The notes: a model not told the origin generated them from the letters alone. Shown: positions 1 to 12,479, numbered from the stretch's first letter. The stretch: DNA of 45,322 nucleotides from Nemertoderma westbladi (GCA_032718475.1 JAUCBJ010003499.1:1-45322); one strand, 5' to 3'. Numbers and translations are program-made.

Positions 1-1230
1 TACGTATTCGAAGGTCCTCACCTGACTTCCGGATCCATGATCCCAGGTAACAGAAGTCGTCCACATGCTCAAGCATACCATCCTTTGAGCTTATGCTCAT
101 CCGATCAGAGACTTGCTGAGGACTTTCAAAGTTAACTGTCAGAATTTTGGTCTTTCTGGAGTTAATAAAAAGACCAACACTAGAAGCAGCATGTTCTAAT
201 GAGCTGAGGAGCCGTTGGGCTCCCTCTAATGATTCTGAGAGTACTCCTAAGTCATCAGCAAAGTCTAGATCAGTTAGGTACTTGGCAGGATTTCCTCGAC
301 TTCTGGAGCCAGTAGGTGGAGTTATCATCACCCCATCATCATTATAATGATCTAAGGACATGCGTAGAACATAGTCAACCACAATAATGAACAAGAATGG
401 TGCAAGTGTGTCTCCTTGGAGGACGCCCCATAACACTTCAAATGGTTCTGTGTCACCGTCAACAGTAGACACAAATGTTGTCGAACCATCGTATACTGAT
501 CTGATTGCTGCAATAATTTGATCAGGAATCCCATATAATGAAAGTATGCTGAACATACGTGAGCGAGAGACTGAATCAAAGGCCTTGAAGAAGTCAACAA
601 AGATAACAGCCAGATGCCTGTCTTTCTTTTTTGATAACTCTTCAATTATCCTTCTAAGTGCCAAAATGGGCTCCATGGTCCCACGACCTATACGGAACCC
701 ATTCTGATTTCCACGGAGCAGTCTCTCAATGGGATCCCTGATGCGATTTAATAGAATCCTATTGTATAGCTTTGCAGCAATCGAGATCAATGAGATTCCC
801 CGAAAAGAACCATAGAGTGTTAGGTTGCCCTTCTTGGGAACTGGCACCAACTTATTTGTTTTCATTTCTTGTGGGACTCTTGTTGTTCGGTACATGTCTA
901 CTATGATGGGATAGATGAGCTTTAAACACTCAGGTATTTTAAAGACCTCAGGGGGAACACCATCTACTCCACTGGCACGATTGGTCTTAATGCTCTTTGC
1001 AGCAGCCTTCACTTCTGCAAAGGAGATATCGCCAATGGGAATATCTGAGAGTACAGACTCAGACACTTTTACTTCTATAAAGTTATCAGGCAATACCCTG
1101 TCATTATTGAGGAGCTTTTCAAAGTGGGCTTTCCAACCATTGAGGCGATCGGCTGGTGATTCAGCCTTAACCTTGGTGTTTGGTTGGCTTTTCCGCCCAG
1201 TAAGCAGATTGATCGATTTCCATGCCTGGG
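1..1230 (-). pseudogene. Decayed non-LTR retrotransposon reverse transcriptase (RTE-like), 5'-truncated and cut by the window edge
   Basis: Manual minus-strand translation gives DGVPPEVFK, VPVPKKGNL, QNGF, GVLQGDTLAPFLFIIVVDYVLR (~360-428) and LTDLDFADDL (~250-275). Frameshifts/stops mean no long ORF is called. Confidence 0.85.
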
Positions 1231-1249
1231 ATGATCAGGTCGGGGTCAG

Positions 1250-4200
1250 GTCAGGGCGCATCCTACGGCTGCCTTGCACGGGCTAGTCGCCAGTCAGGGC
1301 GCATCCTACGGCTGCCTTGCACGGGCTAGTCGCCAGTCAGGGCGCATCCTACGGCTGCCTTGCACGGGCTAGTCGCCAGTCAGGGCGCATCCTACGGCTG
1401 CCTTGCACGGGCTAGTCGCCAGTCAGGGAGCATCCTACGGCTGCCTTGCACGGGCTAGTCGCCAGTCAGGGCGCATCCTACGGCTGCCTTGCACGGGCTA
1501 GTCGCTAGTCAGGGCGCATCCTACGGCTGCCTTGCACGGGCTAGTCGCCAGTCAGGGCGCATCCTACGGCTGCCTTGCACGGGCTAGTCGCCAGTCAGGG
1601 CGCATCCTACGGCTGCCTTGCACGGGCTAGTCGCCAGTCAGGGCGCATCCTACGGCTGCCTTGCACGGGCTAGTCGCCAGTCATGGCGCATCCTACGACT
1701 GCCTTGCACGGGCTAGTCGCCAGTCAGGGCGCATCCTACGGCTGCCTTGCACGGGCTAGTCGCCAGTCAGGGCGCATCCTACGGCTGCCTTGCATGGGCT
1801 ATTCGCCAGTCAGGGCGCATCCTACGGCTGCCTTGCACGGGCTAGTCGCCAGTCAGGGCGCGTCCTACGGCTGCCTTGCACGGGCTAGTCGCCAGTCAGG
1901 GCGCATCCTACGGCTGCCTTGCACGGGCTAGTCGCCAGTCAGGGCGCATCCTACGGCTGCCTTGCACGGGCTAGTCGCCAGTCAGGGCGCATCCTACGGC
2001 TGCCTTGCACGGGCTAGTCGCCAGTCAGGGCGCATCCTACGGCTGCCTTGCACGGGCTAGTCGCCAGTCAGGGCGCATCCTACGGCTGCCTTGCACGGGC
2101 TAGTCGCCAGTCAGGGCGCATCCTACGGCTGCCTTGCACGGGCTAGTCGCCAGTCAGGGCGCATCCTACGGCTGTCTTGCACGGGCTAGTCGCCAGTCAG
2201 GGTGCATCCTACGGCTGCCTTGCACGGGCAAGTCGCCAGTCAGGGCGCATCCTACGGCTGCCTTATGCACGGGCTAGTTGCCAGTCAGGGCGCATCCTAC
2301 GGCTGCCTTGCACGGGCTAGTCGCCAGTCAGGGCGCATCCTACGGCTGCCTTGCACGGGCTAGTCGCCAGTCAGGGCGCATCCTACGGCTGCCTTGCACG
2401 GGCTAGTCGCCAGTCAGGGCGCATCCTACGGCTGCCTTGCACGGGCTAGTCGCCAGTCAGGGCGCATCCTATGGCTGCCTTGCACGGGCTAGTCGCCAGT
2501 CAGGGCGCATCCTACGGCTGCCTTGCACGGGCTAGTCGCCAGTCAGGGCGCATCCTACGGCTGCCTTGCACGGGCTAGTCGCCAGTCAGGGCGCATCCTA
2601 CGGCTGCCTTGCACGGGCTAGTCGCCAGTCAGGGCGCATCCTACGGCTGCCTTGCACGGGCTAGTCGCCAGTCAGGGCGCATCCTACGGCTGCCTTGCAC
2701 GGGCTAGTCGCCAGTCAGGGCGCATCCTACGGCTGCCTTGCACGGGCTAGTCGCCAGTCAGGGCGCATCCTACGGCTGCCTTGCACGGGCTAGTCGCCAG
2801 TCAGGGCGCATCCTACGGCTGCCTTGCACGGGCTAGTCGCCAGTCAGGGCGCATCCTACGGCTGCCTTGCACGGGCTAGTCGCCAGTCAGGGCGCATCCT
2901 ACGGCTGCCTTGCACGGGCTAGTCGCCAGTCAGGGCGCATCCTACGGCTGCCTTGCACGGGCTAGTCGCCAGTCAGGGCGCATCCTACGGCTGCCTTGCA
3001 CGGGCTAGTCGCCAGTCAGGGCGCATCCTACGGCTGCCTTGCACGGGCTAGTCGCCAGTCAGGGCGCATCCTACGGCTGCCTTGCACGGGCTAGTCGCCA
3101 GTCAGGGCGCATCCTACGGCTGCCTTGCACGGGCTAGTCGCCAGTCAGGGCGCATCCTACGGCTGCCTTGCACGGGCTAGTCGCCAGTCAGGGCGCATCC
3201 TACGGCTGCCTTGCACGGGCTAGTCGCCAGTCAGGGCGCATCCTACGGCTGCCTTGCACGGGCTAGTCGCCAGTCAGGGCGCATCCTACGGCTGCCTTGC
3301 ACGGGCTAGTCGCCAGTCAGGGCGCATCCTACGGCTGCCTTGCACGGGCTAGTCGCCAGTCAGGGCGCATCCTACGGCTGCCTTGCACGGGCTAGTCGCC
3401 AGTCAGGGCGCATCCTACGGCTGCCTTGCACGGGCTAGTCGCCAGTCAGGGCGCATCCTACGGCTGCCTTGCACGGGCTAGTCGCCAGTCAGGGCGCATC
3501 CTACGGCTGCCTTGCACGGGCTAGTCGCCAGTCAGGGCGCATCCTACGGCTGCCTTGCACGGGCTAGTCGCCAGTCAGGGCGCATCCTACGGCTGCCTTG
3601 CACGGGCTAGTCGCCAGTCAGGGCGCATCCTACGGCTGCCTTGCACGGGCTAGTCGCCAGTCAGGGCGCATCCTACGGCTGCCTTGCACGGGCTAGTCGC
3701 CAGTCAGGGCGCATCCTACGGCTGCCTTGCACGGGCTAGTCGCCAGTCAGGGCGCATCCTACGGCTGCCTTGCACGGGCTAGTCGCCAGTCAGGGCGCAT
3801 CCTACGGCTGCCTTGCACGGGCTAGTCGCCAGTCAGGGCGCATCCTACGGCTGCCTTGCACGGGCTAGTCGCCAGTCAGGGTGCATCCTACGGCTGCCTT
3901 GCACGGGCTAGTCGCCAGTCAGGGCGCATCCTACGGCTGCCTTGCACGGGCTAGTCGCCAGTCAGGGCGCATCCTACGGCTGCCTTGCACGGGCTAGTCG
4001 CCAGTCAGGGCGCATCCTACGGCTGCCTTGCACGGGCTAGTCGCCAGTCAGGGCGCATCCTACGGCTGCCTTGCACGGGCTAGTCGCCAGTCAGGGCGCA
4101 TCCTACGGCTGCCTTGCACGGGCTAGTCGCCAGTCAGGGCGCATCCTACGGCTGCCTTGCACGGGCTAGTCGCCAGTCAGGGCGCATCCTACGGCTGCCT

Positions 4201-6484
4201 TGCACGGGCTAGTCGCCAGTCAGGGCGCATCCTACGGCTGCCTTGCACGGGCTAGTCGCCAGTCAGGGCGCATCCTACGGCTGCCTTGCACGGGCTAGTC
4301 GCCAGTCAGGGCGCATCCTACGGCTGCCTTGCACGGGCTAGTCGCCAGTCAGGGCGCATCCTACGGCTGCCTTGCACGGGCTAGTCGCCAGTCAGGGCGC
4401 ATCCTACGGCTGCCTTGCACGGGCTAGTCGCCAGTCAGGGCGCATCCTACGGCTGCCTTGCACGGGCTAGTCGCCAGTCAGGGCGCATCCTACGGCTGCC
4501 TTGCATGGGCTAGTCGCCAGTCAGGGCGCATCCTACGGCTGCCTTGCACGGGCTAGTCGCCAGTCAGGGCGCATCCTACGGCTGCCTTGCACGGGCTAGT
4601 CGCCAGTCAGGGCGCATCCTACGGCTGCCTTGCACGGGCTAGTCGCCAGTCAGGGCGCATCCTACGGCTGCCTTGCACGGGCTAGTCGCCAGTCAGGGCG
4701 CATCCTACGGCTGCCTTGCACGGGCTAGTCGCCAGTCAGGGCGCATCCTACGGCTGCCTTGCACGGGCTAGTCGCCAGTCAGGGCGCATCCTACGGCTGC
4801 CTTGCACGGGCTAGTCGCCAGTCAGGGCGCATCCTACGGCTGCCTTGCACGGGCTAGTCGCCAGTCAGGGCGCATCCTACGGCTGCCTTGCACGGGCTAG
4901 TCGCCAGTCAGGGCGCATCCTACGGCTGCCTTGCACGGGCTAGTCGCCAGTCAGGGCGCATCCTACGGCTGCCTTGCACGGGCTAGTCGCCAGTCAGGGC
5001 GCATCCTACGGCTGCCTTGCACGGGCTAGTCGCCAGTCAGGGCGCATCCTACGGCTGCCTTGCACGGGCTAGTCGCCAGTCAGGGCGCATCCTACGGCTG
5101 CCTTGCACGGGCTAGTCGCCAGTCAGGGCGCATCCTACGGCTGCCTTGCACGGGCTAGTCGCCAGTCAGGGCGCATCCTACGGCTGCCTTGCACGGGCTA
5201 GTCGCCAGTCAGGGCGCATCCTACGGCTGCCTTGCACGGGCTAGTCGCCAGTCAGGGCGCATCCTACGGCTGCCTTGCACGGGCTAGTCGCCAGTCAGGG
5301 CGCATCCTACGGCTGCCTTGCACGGGCTAGTCGCCAGTCAGGGCGCATCCTACGGCTGCCTTGCACGGGCTAGTCGCCAGTCAGGGCGCATCCTACGGCT
5401 GCCTTGCACGGGCTAGTCGCCAGTCAGGGCGCATCCTACGGCTGCCTTGCACGGGCTAGTCGCCAGTCAGGGCGCATCCTACGGCTGCCTTGCACGGGCT
5501 AGTCGCCAGTCAGGGCGCATCCTACGGCTGCCTTGCACGGGCTAGTCGCCAGTCAGGGCGCATCCTACGGCTGCCTTGCACGGGCTAGTCGCCAGTCAGG
5601 GCGCATCCTACGGCTGCCTTGCACGGGCTAGTCGCCAGTCAGGGCGCATCCTACGGCTGCCTTGCACGGGCTAGTCGCCAGTCAGGGCGCATCCTACGGC
5701 TGCCTTGCACGGGCTAGTCGCCAGTCAGGGCGCATCCTACGGCTGCCTTGCACGGGCTAGTCGCCAGTCAGGGCGCATCCTACGGCTGCCTTGCACGGGC
5801 TAGTCGCCAGTCAGGGCGCATCCTACGGCTGCCTTGCACGGGCTAGTCGCCAGTCAGGGCGCATCCTACGGCTGCCTTGCACGGGCTAGTCGCCAGTCAG
5901 GGCGCATCCTACGGCTGCCTTGCACGGGCTAGTCGCCAGTCAGGGCGCATCCTACGGCTGCCTTGCACGGGCTAGTCGCCAGTCAGGGCGCATCCTACGG
6001 CTGCCTTGCACGGGCTAGTCGCCAGTCAGGGCGCATCCTACGGCTGCCTTGCACGGGCTAGTCGCCAGTCAGGGCGCATCCTACGGCTGCCTTGCACGGG
6101 CTAGTCGCCAGTCAGGGCGCATCCTACGGCTGCCTTGCACGGGCTAGTCGCCAGTCAGGGCGCATCCTACGGCTGCCTTGCACGGGCTAGTCGCCAGTCA
6201 GGGCGCATCCTACGGCTGCCTTGCACGGGCTAGTCGCCAGTCAGGGCGCATCCTACGGCTGCCTTGCACGGGCTAGTCGCCAGTCAGGGCGCATCCTACG
6301 GCTGCCTTGCACGGGCTAGTCGCCAGTCAGGGCGCATCCTACGGCTGCCTTGCACGGGCTAGTCGCCAGTCAGGGCGCATCCTACGGCTGCCTTGCACGG
6401 GCTAGTCGCCAGTCAGGGCGCATCCTACGGCTGCCTTGCACGGGCTAGTCGCCAGTCAGGGCGCATCCTACGGCTGCCTTGCAC
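1250..6484. repeat. 43-bp GC-rich tandem satellite, about 122 copies (AGTCAGGGCGCATCCTACGGCTGCCTTGCACGGGCTAGTCGCC)
   Basis: Period read directly (TCAGGGC at 1251, 1294, ...). Only scattered substitutions and one 2-bp insertion near 2265. Confidence 0.98.
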
Positions 6485-7339
6485 TGCATCCTGAAGAGAA
6501 TACATAATTTTTAAATGCTTCTATCATCGGTTAGCTAAAAATGCAATGCAAAAAGAAAGTCCCAATTAAGAAATATGTTATCTCTGTTCTTATTTCATGC
6601 AATTTAATTACGATTTGATGAAATATTTTTATTTTTTTTTTGGGGGGGGGGGGTGTGGTGTGGCATTGAAATACGACTATATTGTCCGGGAGATATAGTC
6701 CATTATATTTTTGTACAATAAAATATAGATCACATAAAACATAGGCGTATTATACAAAAATAATTTAATATATAAAATAAATATTATATTCAACCTTATA
6801 ATCTATAAACAATGCGTCCCTCCCCCAGACAGATCCTGGCTACGCCCCTAACGTTCTTCGTCCTTGGATTTAAGTAGTCCTTGACCAAGTTCATACCTTA
6901 CATGTAATACGGGCAATTAATCCGCCTTAAATTTGGCCTAACCTATTTTCCAAAAATATATTATAATAACATTATTAATCTTAAAGAAATACAGCAGTCA
7001 TTGACCTTGAATCAGGAATATCTCCGACGTTAATATGATACTCAAACAAGATAAATATAATAATTAAAAAATATATCAAACTTAACATTAACTTCGTACG
7101 TGCCTCCAACTAATCTCGCTGCAAACAAAAGTCGTATTGTTAAAATCAAAATATAACATCCACCCTGCTTTCTTCTCCAACAGATCAGGAGTCCAACAAT
7201 TGCGTTAGTTTAGATTAAATGTTGGGGAAAGGCAAGTTCAGAATCAAGTTAGGCTGCAGTGTGGGGCGAGCGACGAGTGAACCTTAGCATTAGGCCTACA
7301 GTAAGGGGTAGATTGCCTGGGAAACATGTCTTAGAATCA

Positions 7340-8514
7340 AGGAGTAGGCTCATTTCATCTGGTAGTAGACTCATTCGATCTGGTAGTTGGCTCATTCGGT
7401 CTGGTAGCAGGCTCATTCGATCTGGTAGTAGGCTCATTCGATCTGGTAGTAGACTCAATTCGTTCTGGTAGTAGGCTCATTCGATCTGGTAGTAGGCTCA
7501 TTCGATCTGGTAGTAGGCTCATTCGCTCTGGTAGTAGGCTCATTCATTCTGGTAGTAGGCTTATTCGAACTGATAGTAGGCTCATTTGATCAAGTATTTA
7601 GGCTCATTCGATATGGTAGTAGGCTCATTCGATCTGGTAGTAGGACTCATTCGATCTGGTAGTAGGCTCATTCGTTCTGGTAGTAGGCTCATTCGATCTG
7701 GTAGTAGGCTCATTCGTTCTGGTAGTAGGCTCATTCGATCTGGTAGTAGGCTCATTCGTTCTGGTAGTAGGCTCATTCGATCTGGTAGTAGGCTCTTTCG
7801 CTATGTTAGTAGGCTCATTCGGTCTGGTAGTAGGCTTATTCGAACTGATAGTAGGCTCATTTGATCAAGTATTTAGGCTCATTCGATATGGTAGTATGCT
7901 CATTCGATCTGGTAGCAGGCTAATTCAATCTGGTAGTAGGCTCATTCGATCTGGTAGTAGGCTCATTCGAATCTGGTAGTAGGCTCATTCGATCTGGTAG
8001 TAGGCTCATTCGTTCTGGTAGTAGGCTCATTCGTTCTGGTAGTAGGCTCATTCGATCTGGTAGTAGGCTCATTCGTTCTGGTAGTAGGCTCATTCGATCT
8101 GGTAGTAGGCTCATTCGATCTGGTAGTAGGCTCATTCGTTCTGGTAGTAGGCTCATTCGTTCTGGTAGTAGGCTCATTCGATCTGGTAGTAGGCTCATTC
8201 GTTCTGGTAGTAGGCTCATTCGATCTGGTAGTAGGCTCATTCGTTCTGGTAGTAGGCTCATTCGATCTGGTAGTAGGCTCATTCGTTCTGGTAGTAGGCT
8301 CATTCGTTCTGGTAGTAGGCTCATTCGATCTGGTAGTAGGCTCATTCGTTCTGGTAGTAGGCTCATTCGATCTGGTAGTAGGCTCATTCGGTCTGGTAGT
8401 AGGCTCATTCGATATGGTAGTAGGCTCATTCGATCTGGTAGTAGGCTCATTCGTTCTGGTAGTAGGCTCATTCGATCTGGTAGTAGGCTCATTCGATCTG
8501 GTAGTAGGCTCATT
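7340..8514. repeat. 21-bp minisatellite (TCTGGTAGTAGGCTCATTCG[A/T]), left arm, about 55 units
   Basis: Read directly. The variant block ...CTTATTCGAACTGATAGTAGGCTCATTTGATCAAGTATTTAGG recurs at ~7560 and ~7836. Confidence 0.97.
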
Positions 8515-8675
8515 TTTTTTTTACCGATATGTATATTATAATTTTCGCAAAAACGCACTAAATGATCAATAGCATATTGCATGCAGTACAGATGGTAACA
8601 ACTCCATTGCACAGTTACAATGAGCAATAATTATGTAATATACCATACCAGTCCCCGCATAATCGATCAAACACT

Positions 8676-11600
8676 CTAAGCAAAGCCCCCTGGTATCCCG
8701 GCGCCGTCCACAAGCCCCAAACCACTTCGCCATCTCACCCGCGACCCTCGCAGGCAATGGGAAGTGCCGCGGATTATCGCGAACGATATGCGTGCGCGCA
8801 CCCACCCCATTACCGAACTGTATGGTTTCCCCCAGTTGGTGTGTAGGCGGTCTGCGATGATTCGCAACAGGTTATTGGCCTGCGGTGCCAGTATGCCGTC
8901 GCATGAGGCAACGAAAGGGGAGAAATCACCTCGGCAGGCGGAAACTGCGGCTGTATATAAGCGTTTCTTCTCCTCTTCCGCCGACTCCAATACCGACCTC
9001 ACGGAGCGCCCAGCATAAGACACGGCGTCAAGGTTAATTGTACGTATGTCAATCAACGCCTGTGTCTGGGTACTGAACGCTCCCCTAATGCCGACATCGC
9101 ATCGCAGACCAGCCCCGTCGCCATCCTCGTGCTGCTCGCGGACCACTGGCTCGAGCATAACGTTTCGCGGTCCGAAAGCCAGGGCCGCGAGGTCACCGAC
9201 TGCGTCGCGGAGCTCGTTGTGACGCTGAATCACTAGACCACCCTTCTTACAATTCAACCCGTGGTTGAGATCAAACCCAGCGCCACAACCGTCGCATCTG
9301 CAAGGGACACCTACGAGGGGTCTACCATACCGGACAGCCACAGCGTCCCTAAACTCCCGGGGTGAGAGGTCAAACTGGTGTTCGGCTACCGGAAGAGAGG
9401 ATAGCCAGCCGCCGGTCCTGAACTCCGCCGCCCGTTGGACAGCGACACGCTGGTGCTCCGCCATTCCTTCCAACGCTTCCTCCTGCTGGGCTTTCTCCAT
9501 ACCCTGCCTCTCTTCCCGAGATGTCATGCGCGCTCCCTCCATGCACTCCAGGTGGGTGGCTAAGGAGAATGGCTCCTTCCCGGCGATCGCGTTCACCAGC
9601 GACTGTGTCCCAAGTTCTGATACAGCAAAGTTGGTATCGGCCTCGTTAACCGGGTTCCGCAACCCCAGACCACCCATTCGCGGAGACAGGGCAAACAACT
9701 TGAGTTCTGGTTGCGAAATTCGCCCATCGAAGACTGCCGGCAGGAACCTATCGCTGATCGCTTCCTCTAGCACATCGAACTGACTGCTGCAGTCTGGGAC
9801 AACACGTTGGAGGTATGCCCACTCCCGTTGGAGTGAGCAAACTACGGCTGAGAAAGCAGCGTGGGGTTGGGCCTCCGCCACCTCGGCCATCTTGTCAACT
9901 GAGGCTACCCAGGATGCGATTTTGGCGCCGACATACTTCACACACTCCGACTCGCTACCAATAAACCCGCCCAGAAATCGGTGTCCTGTAATGATGTTAA
10001 TATTGTGCTCGGCGAATACACTTTGTGCTTCCTCCAGAAACTCCGGAGCCACAACGAGAAAGCTCTTGGCGGACTGAGGGTAATATCCGAGAGCGGGGCC
10101 CAGACGAAGTAAGTGCTCGTACCACTCGAGAATATCCTGGAGCTTTCTGGCACCAGAAGAGTCGTCAGCGAACCAACTTTGGCGAACCTTAAGTGATGGC
10201 AACTCGTGGATTAAAGGGAGGATGCCTGAAGCGTAAAAAGGCATAGCTAAAGGATCTCCTTGTGTTACACCCTCTTCGCTGAACAGCACAGCATCGGTTC
10301 CCTTTATTGTCAGAATGCTGTGTCCACGGTAACAGTTGAAGAGAAACATTGAACATGGAGGCCACAGCTGCCTGACGTTCCACAAGGCTGCGACTCGGTT
10401 CAGCGAATTGAAGGCATTAGCTGCATCAACCATAATAATGCCCCACCCATCCTCACTATGTTCGTCGAAGACCGAGCGCATTGAATGTACCCCGGCCTCC
10501 ACACCTGCCATCACGCCCGCAGATAACTGCTCTGCGCCACACGTAGTGGTGACATCATCTCCAGTTGCTTCTGCCATTGATCTACCCAAGATTCGGCGGA
10601 GGCACTCCCCTATGCCTATGGGCCTAACCCCGGGGCACTTATCGAGGGCAATAAGTCTGCTAGCCATCAGCGACCGAACTGATTCCCATGGCACTACACT
10701 GTTAGCAAGTGAACACGCAATAGAGGCAATAGATTCGCGTAAACGCTGGCTATGTGCCCCATACCGGATAAGGTAGTCCCGCCAGCGTGTTGAGTCGCTG
10801 CCGGCTGGCCCACCACTCCCTTTCAGTCGCCGCGCTGTCGACTCTATGTGCGCGGCTGTGATCTCGACATCAACCCGAAGTGGCAACTCATCATCACACA
10901 CTAATAAGGCCTCGGCTTTGGGTGCAGCTGCTGCTGGATGCTTCTCGCTGAGAACATCAAGGACTCTCACCCGCTGTTGGTTTACTTCGATTTCCGATTC
11001 CGGATCTAGAACACTACCGGTCTCACGCCCCGTGACCCAGCGAACAGCACTCCTTACCTTCCCTTCCATCATGAGCCTAGAGAAAATTCGAATAGTCTGT
11101 TCTTTTTCCTGCTGGTTCGACTTCGTGGTTGATCGCCTGTTGGAGCCAATTCGCAGTGAGCAGCGTTCAGCCTCAACGACCAACATCTCTACCTGGCTGG
11201 AGCGCCACATCCCCAACCTCCGGCTTATTAGCCGTCGTATGTCTGCGGCCTTGGTTACCTTCGGATCGCGGTGTAGGATGAGGGAGTCGGCTAGTAGTAG
11301 TCTCTCGGAGCGAGCATTGGTCGCATTATGGTTCAGACCGGAAACAAAGGCCTTGGCCTCTGCGTCCAAGAGCGAGACTACATCCCGCCCTATAGCGCCT
11401 CCGGGCAGTCGATATTTAGACCCTTTTAGTTGGGTTATCCGTCGCCATTGATCCATTAGCCCATCAGGTGGGGTCCCTTTGCCCACAAGTGTGGCGCCAA
11501 ATGCTCTTAACATGAGTTCGTCTGGGTCCGCGTGGAGCCCATAATTCTGTGATGAAATATTACATGGGGGCCAGGACTTAGATAGTGGGCTAGGAAAGGC

Positions 11601-12353
11601 GGCGCCTGTCGTGGGCGCTGTGGACGAGGAGGCAACTGTCGGGGTCGCTGTAATCGAGGCGGCGCCAGTTTGGGGCGCTGTAGACGAGGAGGCGCCTGTC
11701 GCGGGCACTGTAGACGAGGCGGCGGCTGTTGGGGGCGCTGTATCCGAGGCGGCGCCTGTCGGGGGCGCAGTAGACGAGGCGGCGCCTGTCGGGGGCGCTG
11801 TAGCCGAGGTGGCGCCCGCCGGTGGCGCTGTAGACGTGGCGGCGCCTGTCGGGGGCGCTGTAGCCGAGGCGGCGCCTGTCGGGGGCGCGGTAGACGAGGC
11901 GGCGCCTGTCACGGGCGCTGTAGCCGAGGCAGCGCCGGTCAGGGGCGCTGTAGACGAGGCTGCACTTGTTGGCGGCGCTGTAGACAGTTCGGCGCCATTC
12001 AACTCCTCTGTGGATCCCACGACCTCGGTCACCCCAGCATCAGGCGCCGTGATGTCAGGTTGATCGGCCCCGTTTGGACCGAGAGTATTGTCTAGATCCG
12101 TTAGGGTTTCATCTGGAGAGGTAACATTCAGATCCAATGGTTGCGAGGAAGATATGCGTGCAGGCGCCACCTGACAGTCAACTGTTGACAACGCTGACGA
12201 TGTCGGCTGAGAACAGGATTGACCGGTTCCGAAGGGGTTTTCGCACCGCCCTGTTGTCCCCGGACCACACTTTTCGCAGGCCCGCTTGGCGTGAGCGCAA
12301 ACGCATGTCTTGCATTTGCCAGTCAAGTTATTGCACCCACAACACCTCCCCAT
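8676..12353 (-). CDS. 1225-aa polyprotein: N-terminal Cys-rich (CXC-like) domain, Ala/Thr/Pro repeats, RT, CCHC finger, restriction-like endonuclease (RLE)
   Basis: LIALDKCPGVRPIGIGE, DAANAFN, GVTQGDPLA, WFADD; CDGCGAGFDLNHGLNC; RHNELRD...E...RCD...IDIR...EKK. The frame is uninterrupted. Confidence 0.93.
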   Translation of the reverse strand: MGRCCGCNNLTGKCKTCVCAHAKRACEKCGPGTTGRCENPFGTGQSCSQPTSSALSTVDCQVAPARISSSQPLDLNVTSPDETLTDLDNTLGPNGADQPDITAPDAGVTEVVGSTEELNGAELSTAPPTSAASSTAPLTGAASATAPVTGAASSTAPPTGAASATAPPTGAATSTAPPAGATSATAPPTGAASSTAPPTGAASDTAPPTAAASSTVPATGASSSTAPQTGAASITATPTVASSSTAPTTGAAFPSPLSKSWPPCNISSQNYGLHADPDELMLRAFGATLVGKGTPPDGLMDQWRRITQLKGSKYRLPGGAIGRDVVSLLDAEAKAFVSGLNHNATNARSERLLLADSLILHRDPKVTKAADIRRLISRRLGMWRSSQVEMLVVEAERCSLRIGSNRRSTTKSNQQEKEQTIRIFSRLMMEGKVRSAVRWVTGRETGSVLDPESEIEVNQQRVRVLDVLSEKHPAAAAPKAEALLVCDDELPLRVDVEITAAHIESTARRLKGSGGPAGSDSTRWRDYLIRYGAHSQRLRESIASIACSLANSVVPWESVRSLMASRLIALDKCPGVRPIGIGECLRRILGRSMAEATGDDVTTTCGAEQLSAGVMAGVEAGVHSMRSVFDEHSEDGWGIIMVDAANAFNSLNRVAALWNVRQLWPPCSMFLFNCYRGHSILTIKGTDAVLFSEEGVTQGDPLAMPFYASGILPLIHELPSLKVRQSWFADDSSGARKLQDILEWYEHLLRLGPALGYYPQSAKSFLVVAPEFLEEAQSVFAEHNINIITGHRFLGGFIGSESECVKYVGAKIASWVASVDKMAEVAEAQPHAAFSAVVCSLQREWAYLQRVVPDCSSQFDVLEEAISDRFLPAVFDGRISQPELKLFALSPRMGGLGLRNPVNEADTNFAVSELGTQSLVNAIAGKEPFSLATHLECMEGARMTSREERQGMEKAQQEEALEGMAEHQRVAVQRAAEFRTGGWLSSLPVAEHQFDLSPREFRDAVAVRYGRPLVGVPCRCDGCGAGFDLNHGLNCKKGGLVIQRHNELRDAVGDLAALAFGPRNVMLEPVVREQHEDGDGAGLRCDVGIRGAFSTQTQALIDIRTINLDAVSYAGRSVRSVLESAEEEKKRLYTAAVSACRGDFSPFVASCDGILAPQANNLLRIIADRLHTNWGKPYSSVMGWVRARISFAIIRGTSHCLRGSRVRWRSGLGLVDGAGIPGGFA
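11595..11990 (-). repeat. In-frame 30-bp repeat (TAPPTGAASS)n within the CRE-like ORF
   Basis: About 13 degenerate 10-aa units in the translation. Confidence 0.9.
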
Positions 12354-12479
12354 TTCGAAAACCCAAAAACCAAAAAACCAAAACCGCAGCCAAGAATCCT
12401 AATATTGGCGCCAAGGTGTCTGCTATCTGTCAGCCTCAGTCCGTCAGTACAGCAGTAAGTACAGCAGTACAGCAGTCAA

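Larger units (their letters stand above)
8515..12479 (-). mobile_element. Full-length CRE-like non-LTR retrotransposon inserted in the 21-bp minisatellite
   Basis: Single RT-RLE ORF, ~125 nt 5' UTR and ~150 nt 3' UTR ending in poly(A) (T run at 8513-8522). TAGGCTCA(TT) is present at both junctions (8505-8514 and 12480-12489). Confidence 0.9.

Noticed and set aside
1250-6484. CRISPR array or HDV-like ribozyme in the 43-bp repeat
   Set aside because: There are no unique spacers or cas genes. GCA-TCCTACGGC-TGC resembles an HDV P3/L3, but no P1 partner exists on that strand.
7249-8627. (MSLLPDR)n and (LIRSGSR)n ORFs
   Set aside because: By-products of a 21-bp unit with stop-free frames. The longest starts in the retroelement 3' UTR and the frames break at array variants.
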